IMG/VR virus record: IMGVR_UViG_3300028920_000032
Location: 94,330-158,329 of that record
DNA: 64,000 nt
DNA from: a virus
Reading direction: 5' to 3' (one strand)
Positions 47,855-55,827 of the stretch are shown here, piece after piece. The position numbers and the translations under genes are program-made. The notes below the pieces were generated by a model. It was not told where the DNA came from. It searched no databases and saw only the letters and a list, made by a program, of their open reading frames with translations. Position 1 is the stretch's first letter, and the number at the start of each line of letters is the position of its first letter.

Positions 47855-48087
47855 AATTATTATTCCAGTAGCCAGGATTCTGTTTTATCCTATCATCTAT
47901 CTCAACATTAAATGCTGGTCTTGCGACTGCTGCCTACCCGATCATTATAGAACTGCTCACCTTCTAGATCTTATTTGGCATTGCACCCTCAGTGGTTCAA
48001 ACGAATAAAAATCCTCCCACTTTAAAAGCAGTGGTGTCCTGAGCTTCCTCTATACTTAAAGTACAGCGATAGGTCAGAATAATAATT
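47855..48087 (-). ncRNA. rnpB: Minimal type-A RNase P RNA (catalytic domain only)
   Basis: P1 AATTATTATTC/GAATAATAATT, P2 CCTATCG/TGATAGG, P3 CTGTAC/GTATAG, GAGGAAGCTCAGGA with ACAGAATCCTGGCT giving P4 with bulged U, P5 CACC/GGTG, P15 GCC/GGC with L15 AAATAA/GGGTA, P16 GATC/GATC, P17 TAGAA/TTCTA, AGATAGATGA. Confidence 0.88.
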
Positions 48088-48389
48088 AAAGTGCAGGTAA
48101 TATGTAATTCAGGCTTCATTGCTATAGCTCCACCCAAAATTACTACCTGCACTTGGTAATCTAGCGGGGTAATTGCTAGATTTATAAATAAAGGTTTTTG
48201 TAAAACCAATACATTCTAAATTATGCAATATTGTTTCCTTCTCTTAGCCAACTATCTTCTTGCATATCGCCTAGAGAATCTCACTTCTCTAACCGTATTC
48301 TAGCTTTATCTGTCAAAAATCAAACTTCTTCCAATATTCTTCATCTGCCATGTTTTTCATTATATATAACAAACGAAGCTTTTTCCCAT

Positions 48390-48415
48390 AAAAAAAGCCC
48401 TCTGTATAGAGGGCT
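48390..48415 (-). terminator. Intrinsic terminator upstream of the rnpB/tRNA block
   Basis: AGCCCTCT-ATAC-AGAGGGCT followed by a T-run. Confidence 0.8.
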
Positions 48416-48592
48416 ATTATAATCATAAATACTGGTACCTCTACAACATCAATCTGCCTGTTCTTGCTTCTACACCATTAATTTTATATAAATTAAATGA
48501 TGGGGCTATGGGATTATGTTTACAGAGTGACCATCTAGTCATTTCTATTATTCTCCTTATTCTCATTTATCTTTAGTATATATGCAAAAAAT

Positions 48593-48979
48593 CTAGAATA
48601 TTCCCAAAATTATCTCATTTTCTTCACCGCGAAGAAGTCTTTTAACACTTTCTTTTTTAGTAATAGCTATATCTTCTTCTGTATCTGGAAAATACTTTAC
48701 TATTGTGTCTAATCCATAGTCAGTAATTTTCCAATAACCAGATATTTTATCAGTGCCGACGACTGTATTATAAACTTCAATTGGAGGACTACTATAATGT
48801 TTAAGTAGCTTCATTGATCTAAGCTCATATAAAGTACCTTTAGGAATTTTCAAATATTTAGTTAAAGATCTAGTTGGTACCAACAAATTATCATGACTAT
48901 AATAAATTTTTCTTAGATAAAAATATTTTTTACAGATCTTCATTTTCAGCTGTTGGCTCTGGACATGGTGTAAATTCAA
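48593..48979 (-). CDS. Hypothetical protein
   Basis: ORF; true start probably MKICKK. Confidence 0.45.
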   Translation of the reverse strand: MNLHHVQSQQLKMKICKKYFYLRKIYYSHDNLLVPTRSLTKYLKIPKGTLYELRSMKLLKHYSSPPIEVYNTVVGTDKISGYWKITDYGLDTIVKYFPDTEEDIAITKKESVKRLLRGEENEIILGIF

Positions 48980-49262
48980 CAGTTAGCTCTTCAGCATTTA
49001 AATTGATAATAATATCTTTATTATTATATTTTTCTAACACATTACTATTTTTTGCTGGCTTAAGTTCTGTTATCTTTATTCTGTCTTTGAGAATATTAAG
49101 TTGATCTCCATTTTCTAAAATAATAGTAATACTACCATTCCAATCAGCTTCTGTGATTACTTCATTTGATCTTACTGCAAATGTTATAAATATCACAGAA
49201 ATCAAAAAAACAACTGCTAAAATAATGCCTCCAACTATAATGTTTCTAAAAAAATTACTCAT
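48930..49262 (-). CDS. Hypothetical membrane protein
   Basis: N-terminal TM helix. Confidence 0.55.
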   Translation of the reverse strand: MSNFFRNIIVGGIILAVVFLISVIFITFAVRSNEVITEADWNGSITIILENGDQLNILKDRIKITELKPAKNSNVLEKYNNKDIIINLNAEELTVEFTPCPEPTAENEDL

Positions 49263-50014
49263 ATTGTTTCCTTTCTTATTGAATTAATATATTCAATTAG
49301 TATTTGAGAATCTATTCTTCCTGAGTCTATTGAGTGAAACAAATGTTCTTTTAAAACCTTTTCACTCATTACTGGTCTTGCATACATAATCTTCTTCTCA
49401 CTATGACAGAATAAATGAAAATCATCAAATACTAATGGTATATAATCTTTACACCATATTAAAAGTCTTAACATAAGTTCTCTAATTTCCCAATGAGCAT
49501 AATGGTCACATCTCATGGTAAAAATATGACGCCATTCTCGTATATTGGCTTTTACTACAATTTCATTGGCCAGGCCAATTGGCAAAAATTGTCTGGCGTC
49601 TTCTGGCCTCCAACCTTTTTTACGTAAATCACGATATACTAAATCTAGTCTATCACCATGCATAGTCATTTCTTCATATGTCTCAATATCATTTTGATGT
49701 GGTGGATATACTATATCAAAACCCTTTTCATCAACATATCTAGTACTTTCTTGCGAAAAACTAGCTAAGCGATGTCTAACCATTTCATGTGTAAATCCTC
49801 TGGACACATTGCTAAATTTTACTTTTAGATCGGCCATTTCTAACATTGCATGATGTCCTCTTTCTAAAAGTACTTTTACTAATTTTTCATCACTCTTTTT
49901 ATTTTGATTTTTAAAAGATTGGTAACAAGTCCTTGCTGCAGAAGCAATATCGTGTATTATATTTTTTGGTTTAGATAGTACTTTAAATTTACCTTTATTT
50001 TTTAATAGTTTCAC
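49259..50014 (-). CDS. thyX: FAD-dependent thymidylate synthase
   Basis: THEMVRHRLASFSQESTRYV, EDAR, N.REWRH, AHWEIR. Confidence 0.95.
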   Translation of the reverse strand: MKLLKNKGKFKVLSKPKNIIHDIASAARTCYQSFKNQNKKSDEKLVKVLLERGHHAMLEMADLKVKFSNVSRGFTHEMVRHRLASFSQESTRYVDEKGFDIVYPPHQNDIETYEEMTMHGDRLDLVYRDLRKKGWRPEDARQFLPIGLANEIVVKANIREWRHIFTMRCDHYAHWEIRELMLRLLIWCKDYIPLVFDDFHLFCHSEKKIMYARPVMSEKVLKEHLFHSIDSGRIDSQILIEYINSIRKETI

Positions 50015-50249
50015 TATGAGCTCCTTTTGAATTACTTAGCCTTATTTGCTCTGAAAATTTCAATTCTCTTATATGGCACTATTTCACATGGTATAGCATG
50101 AAATTTTTCACATTTATAATCGCGGAAATCATCTTCAGCAAGAAGTGTGTCTTCTCTTTTCTTTTTTTTACAATGGTTATAATATTTACCATCTTTTTTT
50201 ATAATAGTTCGTTGTTTGCAAACTTTACATTCTTCCATATTAACTCCTT

Positions 50250-50525
50250 CTAATATCTAAGATTCTTTGCGAACCATATAGTAAATATGTCATCTATAAT
50301 TAATCCAGGACCACTTATTTTAACTACATTATTATTCATATTAAAAAATTTTAGAGAAATAACTTTTCTGTCACATGTTAAATCTAATGGGACACTCTGA
50401 GGTATTAAATTACGTACTGATCCATAGCGTTCTTTTATATCTTCTATTATTTTAAATATTTGTTCAGAGTTTTCAATTTCATAATATTTTATATTTAGTG
50501 ATGGTCTTTGTTGATTAATATCCAT
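50250..50525 (-). CDS. Hypothetical protein (true start MDINQQ; track start lies inside a tRNA)
   Basis: GAGGAG RBS. Confidence 0.55.
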   Translation of the reverse strand: MDINQQRPSLNIKYYEIENSEQIFKIIEDIKERYGSVRNLIPQSVPLDLTCDRKVISLKFFNMNNNVVKISGPGLIIDDIFTIWFAKNLRY

Positions 50526-50558
50526 ATACTCTCCTCTATAAGATAAGCTTGGTCCGAT

Positions 50559-50630
50559 TACGCCTGTGAAGATTTGAACTCCAGATCCCTGCTCCAAAGG
50601 CAAGTGTGTTACCAATTACACTACAGGCGT
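50559..50630 (-). tRNA. tRNA-Gln(TTG)
   Basis: ACGCCTG/CAGGCGT, loop CTTTGGA. Confidence 0.82.
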
Positions 50631-50635
50631 ATATA

Positions 50636-50706
50636 TTGGCTTGAGAGGATTTGAACCTCTACTATCATGATTCAGAATCATGTGTCTTACATTAAACGAC
50701 AAGCCA
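50636..50706 (-). tRNA. tRNA-Gln(CTG)
   Basis: TGGCTTG/CAAGCCA, CATGA-TTCTGAA-TCATG. Confidence 0.82.
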
Positions 50707-51094
50707 TTATTTGTTTATGTAATTTTAAGAGTTTTTCTTCTCTCTTTCTTTTGTCAAGTTGAATAGATTCATAAAAACTTCTTAAAAGGTTATAAATTAT
50801 TAAAACATCATTCTCATGCTCAGACAAATAACCAACTATATTTTTATAACTGCCATCATCTTTTAATTTGATTACAGCGATCTTTTTATATTTTTTGTAT
50901 ATTCTAATATACAAATCACTATAATGAATAAGATTTACTGTTACTCCATGGTCTTTTCTTTTTATTTTATAATCATTTAGTTTTATGCATTCATTAGAAT
51001 TTTTATGAAATTCATATTTTTTTACTAAATTACAAATTGCAATAAAACATGCTCTTATAATATTTGGAATAAAAACTTCTCTAGTAATTTCCAT
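50687..51094 (-). CDS. Hypothetical protein; stop codon lies inside tRNA-Gln
   Basis: GGAGG RBS. Confidence 0.55.
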   Translation of the reverse strand: MEITREVFIPNIIRACFIAICNLVKKYEFHKNSNECIKLNDYKIKRKDHGVTVNLIHYSDLYIRIYKKYKKIAVIKLKDDGSYKNIVGYLSEHENDVLIIYNLLRSFYESIQLDKRKREEKLLKLHKQIMACRLM

Positions 51095-51095
51095 T

Positions 51096-51731
51096 TTACC
51101 TCCAAAATATTTCTGGATATACTCTTACACTTTCTAATTCAGCATCAACTTTAATTCCAGAAAAACTACCAGTTGCCACATACTCAATAAAAGTGTCTAT
51201 TCCATATTCTAACTCAGTATATATACTTAAATATATAGACCAATACCTATAGACAGTATAAGACTGTCCAGAAATAAATATGTCATCTAATAATTCAAGT
51301 GTAGTATTATTTACCACTCTTACAATTCTTGATAGCTGTTGTGTGTCCTCATTATATACACAGTATGGATCAAAATCATCTAAAAATAAAAGAAATGATG
51401 CACTGTTGTCTGTTAAACAATTTGAACTAGTTGCTGTTGCAGTACCGGTACTAATTATGATTTCATCTTTATGTGTTTTAAGCCATACTACTTTACCACT
51501 TGGATCAGCAAGCGTCTCTTCATAATAATAGGAGCAATCTTCATCAATAAATGTAACTCCTGGCAATGAACCAGAAATAATTTGATTATCTCCAATAACA
51601 CTTACCTTATAAATAATTTTCTTTGAAATAACGTCCTGAATTTCAAGATCATCCTTAAATTCATATCCTTGATCAAGAATCCAACAGCTAGTTAATAATA
51701 GTAAAATTATGACAACAATAATATATCTCAT
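51096..51731 (-). CDS. Putative lipoprotein
   Basis: Signal peptide ending LTSC. Confidence 0.6.
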   Translation of the reverse strand: MRYIIVVIILLLLTSCWILDQGYEFKDDLEIQDVISKKIIYKVSVIGDNQIISGSLPGVTFIDEDCSYYYEETLADPSGKVVWLKTHKDEIIISTGTATATSSNCLTDNSASFLLFLDDFDPYCVYNEDTQQLSRIVRVVNNTTLELLDDIFISGQSYTVYRYWSIYLSIYTELEYGIDTFIEYVATGSFSGIKVDAELESVRVYPEIFWR

Positions 51732-51743
51732 AATCTTCCTTTC

Positions 51744-51816
51744 CGACCTGTAGGGGAATCGAACCCCTATGACTAGATCGACAGTCTAGCATAATAAACC
51801 ATTATATGAACAGGCC
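51744..51816 (-). tRNA. tRNA-Asp(GTC)
   Basis: GGCCTGT/ACAGGTC, CTAGA-CTGTCGA-TCTAG, G73. Confidence 0.88.
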
Positions 51817-52329
51817 TCATAAATATATGTCTATATCACCTTTTTTAATTTTTTCTATTTTCGTTTTGCAATATTCTATCTCATCTTTAGCATAATCAAT
51901 TTTACGTTCCTTTTCTAATATTTGTTCATTTAAATAATTGATCATGACCTCTTTGTTTCTTTTGGCTCCCTTTTTTATATATTTATATATACAACTTTTA
52001 TGACAGGAGTGTTGATCATGTAATGTTATAATATCTTCTTCACGATAATATCTTTCTGGTTCACTTTCTTTTGGTTTTTCTATTTCGTTTAAATTGCAAT
52101 AATATTCTATCTCAATATCTTTGCTAATGTCTTTAAGTTCAAAACTTCGACCTCTTGTATTATTTACACCCCAATAAGTATCAATTAGATACATTTTGCC
52201 ATTTATTTTTTTAGCAACTATCATACCTTCTATACAATGTCGCAAACTTCCTTCATAAGTTTTATTTCTCTTTATGTAGTCTGTAGTCCAATTAAAATAA
52301 TAGACATCACCTTCTTTAATTTTCTTCAT
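51817..52329 (-). CDS. Hypothetical phage protein
   Basis: ORF with DTYW motif and C-terminal coiled coil. Confidence 0.55.
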   Translation of the reverse strand: MKKIKEGDVYYFNWTTDYIKRNKTYEGSLRHCIEGMIVAKKINGKMYLIDTYWGVNNTRGRSFELKDISKDIEIEYYCNLNEIEKPKESEPERYYREEDIITLHDQHSCHKSCIYKYIKKGAKRNKEVMINYLNEQILEKERKIDYAKDEIEYCKTKIEKIKKGDIDIYL

Positions 52330-52345
52330 ATTGTCACCTTTCTAG

Positions 52346-52493
52346 TTAGTGGTTTTCCTGCGCAGGGAAGGTATCCAACCTTCATCAGGAGCCACCCTGT
52401 TTCAAACGCATACCATCATCCGTGGCTAATCAGATTACTCTTTGCTATCACTTACTCATCCCAGAATAAGCGCCTGCGCAGGAAAACCACTAA
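52346..52493. ncRNA. Unassigned 148-nt structured element closed by a 21-bp perfect inverted repeat
   Basis: TTAGTGGTTTTCCTGCGCAGG/CCTGCGCAGGAAAACCACTAA enclosing three hairpins. Confidence 0.6.
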
Positions 52494-52502
52494 TTTTATA
52501 AA

Positions 52503-52576
52503 AGCCGGCGAGAGGAATCGAACCTCCGTGTAGACGATTTACAGGACCGTTGCAACCCAACTTTTGCTACGCCGGC
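52503..52576 (-). tRNA. tRNA-Thr(TGT), with C33
   Basis: GCCGGCG/CGCCGGC, loop CCTGTAA. Confidence 0.78.
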
Positions 52577-52773
52577 ATACTAAATGTTTCTTCCTGGCAA
52601 TTTAGACATAAACCAGAAATTGTAAATTCAACATAAGCCGTTTCGTTATCATCAAATTCAGTTTTATTTACTGGCTCATGACACATGGGACAAATTGCAT
52701 CACATGAATATATTTCATTATTTCCTTCATATACCATAAAATTATTATATACAACTCACGAAACTTACACAAT

Positions 52774-52799
52774 AAAAAAAGCCTCCTTGTGGGAGGCTT
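52774..52799 (-). terminator. Intrinsic terminator
   Basis: AAGCCTCC-CACAA-GGAGGCTT followed by a T-run. Confidence 0.8.
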
Positions 52800-52951
52800 A
52801 ACAACTTTTTTACATTTCCCACTTTTTTAAATCAATTTTTTGTATCCTGTTGAGTTTTTTGTGTTGTAATAAGTATCGTTTTCTTTTTCATTGTATTTAT
52901 CTTTGTCATTAGTTTAAAATATGCGAATAAAAAGACAAATTTATTTTTAGC

Positions 52952-53155
52952 TTAACATTCATCTCCTTCACCTACTTGATTAAAACTATCTTTCTTTGGT
53001 GGTTGTTTACCTTTAGGTTGTGGCTTTATTTCACCATTAAAAGTAGATTTCTCTGCCATTTTATTTCCGCGTATTTGATCAGCATTACCTTTAAGATCTT
53101 GATCATTTTTCCCTTTTCCTGATGATACATCGCTCATATATTTCTTTTCAGCCAT
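52952..53155 (-). CDS. Small hydrophilic protein
   Basis: AAGGAGG RBS. Confidence 0.55.
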   Translation of the reverse strand: MAEKKYMSDVSSGKGKNDQDLKGNADQIRGNKMAEKSTFNGEIKPQPKGKQPPKKDSFNQVGEGDEC

Positions 53156-53172
53156 TACTTGCCTCCTTAGTT

Positions 53173-53466
53173 TTAATTATCTTTAATATTAACAGAATTA
53201 ATTCTATCTCTTAACATTTGATTTTTAAATAAATCACTAAAAAATAATTTCTTAAGTTCATTAGTAGTTTTAATCTTTTGTAAACTTTTATTCTGCTGGA
53301 ACTTTTTAAGTTGTTGTTTGGTAATTATATATTCTATATCAGTTTCTAAGCCCCAAAATATACGCTTACCTAAAGAATCGTTGCCAATATAAACTATTTT
53401 TTGTATATAACCTTTATAGTGTGGTAGATCACTACTATCATATTTCCAAAAATCTGCAAATTTCAT
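53173..53466 (-). CDS. Hypothetical protein
   Basis: ORF, ATGA overlap. Confidence 0.5.
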   Translation of the reverse strand: MKFADFWKYDSSDLPHYKGYIQKIVYIGNDSLGKRIFWGLETDIEYIITKQQLKKFQQNKSLQKIKTTNELKKLFFSDLFKNQMLRDRINSVNIKDN

Positions 53467-53906
53467 TTAAATAAACTAACTCTTCTATTAAAATATGATT
53501 TAATATCAATATCATATTTGGTTGATAGCCAATTCCAATCTATTTTAAGAAATTCTTTTGAAAACTTCTCAAGATTTTTATGTCCTTCAATTTCATTTGG
53601 TTCATAGCTTTCAAAAAAATTTATTTCGATTAATTGAATATTATTTTTAATTTTAACTTGTCCTTCTAAAAAATTTGTATTTAATTCTTTTGTTGACAAG
53701 CCTAACTCTTCTTTAGCATAAAAATGTAATAATTGATTATTAAATGCATATATAACTTTCTTTTTATTGTCAGCTATAATTCTTGGGAAGCCTCCTATTT
53801 CTCTCCATTCTTTAGAAGTAGGATTTTTAAATATTTCAAAATACTTACCAAAAAGATTTTTTCGACCACCTACCCATGTCTCATTTAGAACATCAATTAA
53901 TTTCAT
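53463..53906 (-). CDS. Hypothetical protein, possible virion internal protein
   Basis: MKLIDVLNE N-terminus, AAGATAA upstream. Confidence 0.55.
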   Translation of the reverse strand: MKLIDVLNETWVGGRKNLFGKYFEIFKNPTSKEWREIGGFPRIIADNKKKVIYAFNNQLLHFYAKEELGLSTKELNTNFLEGQVKIKNNIQLIEINFFESYEPNEIEGHKNLEKFSKEFLKIDWNWLSTKYDIDIKSYFNRRVSLFK

Positions 53907-53910
53907 ATAT

Positions 53911-54282
53911 TTATCTTGTTAAATCGTTTGCCAATTTAGTAAATGGTATATATATAGCATTTGGTAAAATGCTCAACATGTTCTGCGCACCATAAAAATT
54001 CATAGTATGTAATATAACTTGTGCATCAGCTCTTTCTTTAGCTAAATATTTTGCAAATTGATAACCAGTATTTTCTTCATTTGAAGGAACATATATTCTA
54101 TGATCTAAATCATGATCGAGAAAATAAAAATCAAAAGGCCCTAATGTTTTATCAATATATACTGCATCATTTACTACATCTACAAGAGTTAAAACACAAT
54201 TGATTAGAATCTTTTTAAAAATTTTTATTCTTGCACTACTATCTTCAAGAATTAATATTTTTGACCCTTTTTCTATAGTCAT
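53911..54282 (-). CDS. Cyclic-phosphate-processing receiver-like domain protein
   Basis: ILED, LDHDL, TGY, HTMN..G motifs. Confidence 0.75.
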   Translation of the reverse strand: MTIEKGSKILILEDSSARIKIFKKILINCVLTLVDVVNDAVYIDKTLGPFDFYFLDHDLDHRIYVPSNEENTGYQFAKYLAKERADAQVILHTMNFYGAQNMLSILPNAIYIPFTKLANDLTR

Positions 54283-54551
54283 TTAGAGCTCCTCTTACGC
54301 TCAAAACCCAAAGATTCAATTGTTGATTTATATTCAAACAGCCTATCTTCCATAGATTGCGCTTTCTTATTTGCTATTTCAACTAAGTCTTTTATCTTAA
54401 AACAAATTTTATCAATATGGTCTTGTGCTTTTAATAATTGTTTGATAGTCATATTACATAATGCAAAATTTTTTATTTTATCAACATGATCTTCTATTTC
54501 ACCATGAAGAGTACAGATCAATTTGTCTTCATTAGTCTTTTTTCTAGGCAT
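54279..54551 (-). CDS. Hypothetical coiled-coil protein
   Basis: ORF. Confidence 0.5.
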   Translation of the reverse strand: MPRKKTNEDKLICTLHGEIEDHVDKIKNFALCNMTIKQLLKAQDHIDKICFKIKDLVEIANKKAQSMEDRLFEYKSTIESLGFERKRSSK

Positions 54552-54553
54552 AT

Positions 54554-55186
54554 CTACTCCTCTAATTCAGCATCCCAATATATTTCTGATATGAAATATT
54601 TCCATGTCATATATTTTTTATGCTGAATGGTTACTTTAAATGCTGGGCTAATCTTTGGTTCAAATGGTTTTCTTATAAGTTTCATTCCAGCTTCTTCGGG
54701 AGTTCTATTAGCTTTTCTTGAATTACACTCTATACATGAACAAACTAAATTAGTCCAAGTATTTTTACCGCCTTTAGATTGTGGTGTTACATGTTCAATA
54801 TTAAGTTTAGAAGTTGAAAAATGTTTTCCGCAATATTGACAAATATTATTGTCTCTTGCGAAGATGTTTCGACGATTTCTTTTAACAGAACGAATTGGTA
54901 GTTTATCATAGTTAATAGCTCGAATAACTCTTGGTACAACAAATTTAAGATTTTGAGTATCTAATATAAAGTCATCAAATTGTCCTAACATCTCTAATTC
55001 TTTTTTAACTTCTGATAATTCTGCCCAAGAGTTAAAAGTATAGCTACAATATTGCCCTTCTTCAACAGATACAACTTCTGCTGTATGTTTAACAATCTTC
55101 TTAAGAGCTTTCTTAACAGGTATTACATTAATTGGTTGGTAATATTTGTTAAGTACTAGAACACTGTCAGCAAGAATACATTCCAT
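54554..55186 (-). CDS. HNH endonuclease (McrA-like)
   Basis: VLVLN..Y.P, RRNIFARD...CQYCG, EHV.PQSKGG..TW.NLV.SC..CN.RK. Confidence 0.92.
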   Translation of the reverse strand: MECILADSVLVLNKYYQPINVIPVKKALKKIVKHTAEVVSVEEGQYCSYTFNSWAELSEVKKELEMLGQFDDFILDTQNLKFVVPRVIRAINYDKLPIRSVKRNRRNIFARDNNICQYCGKHFSTSKLNIEHVTPQSKGGKNTWTNLVCSCIECNSRKANRTPEEAGMKLIRKPFEPKISPAFKVTIQHKKYMTWKYFISEIYWDAELEE

Positions 55187-55224
55187 ATACTTCTCCTCCT
55201 TTAATATAAAATAAGTATGCAATA

Positions 55225-55827
55225 TTATCTTTTAGAGAAGGGCTGCTGAATTATATGTTTTATGTTATTAAATTTTTCTTTTAGATATTTTGTTGTTTTA
55301 TCAATGTCTATATAGGAGAAAGCTGTTGTTCTGATTTCAACATCTAAATTATAAGCGAGAATATATCTCATTGTTTTTTCAAATCGATTTAAGTAATTTT
55401 CAACAGTTAAAGTTTTATGCCCTAATATAGTTTTCACATCGCCTTCAACTAATTTTAAATCTACAGAATATGCATCAACTAATTTATTTTTATTAATTGC
55501 TCTTATTACATCAGGCAGCATTCCATTTGTAAAAATTTTAACTTTAAATGTGGGATATCGTTTTTTTATAAATCTAAGATCTTCAATTAAATTACCACCC
55601 CAAATTGTCGGTTCTCCACCAATAATAACTATCGCTTGATGCATGTCATTTATATTTTTAAATAAAGCTACACGTAAATTATCTGTTATATTTTCATTTT
55701 TAGAAATCTCATTATAATTATAACAATCTTTACAATGTAGATTACAACCATGAACAAAAAGTACTACTGAATGATAAGGTTCATACTCCTGAAATGAATC
55801 TTTAATGACTGATACTATCGGTACCAT
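55225..55827 (-). CDS. nrdG: Anaerobic ribonucleotide reductase activase
   Basis: GCNLHCKDCYN, GGEPT, TNG; overlaps nrdD. Confidence 0.88.
   Translation of the reverse strand: MVPIVSVIKDSFQEYEPYHSVVLFVHGCNLHCKDCYNYNEISKNENITDNLRVALFKNINDMHQAIVIIGGEPTIWGGNLIEDLRFIKKRYPTFKVKIFTNGMLPDVIRAINKNKLVDAYSVDLKLVEGDVKTILGHKTLTVENYLNRFEKTMRYILAYNLDVEIRTTAFSYIDIDKTTKYLKEKFNNIKHIIQQPFSKR

Noticed and set aside
48089-48154. SRP 4.5S RNA
   Set aside because: Lacks the conserved CAGG...GRAA...AGCAG helix-8 motif
48225-48360. Stop-codon recoding (a minus-strand frame here is broken only by TGA)
   Set aside because: Long conserved genes are intact in code 11, TGA and TAG end many coupled ORFs, and I found no suppressor tRNA
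52381-52392. Hammerhead ribozyme (CTGATGA on the minus strand)
   Set aside because: No GAAA after the stem-II candidate, so the core is incomplete
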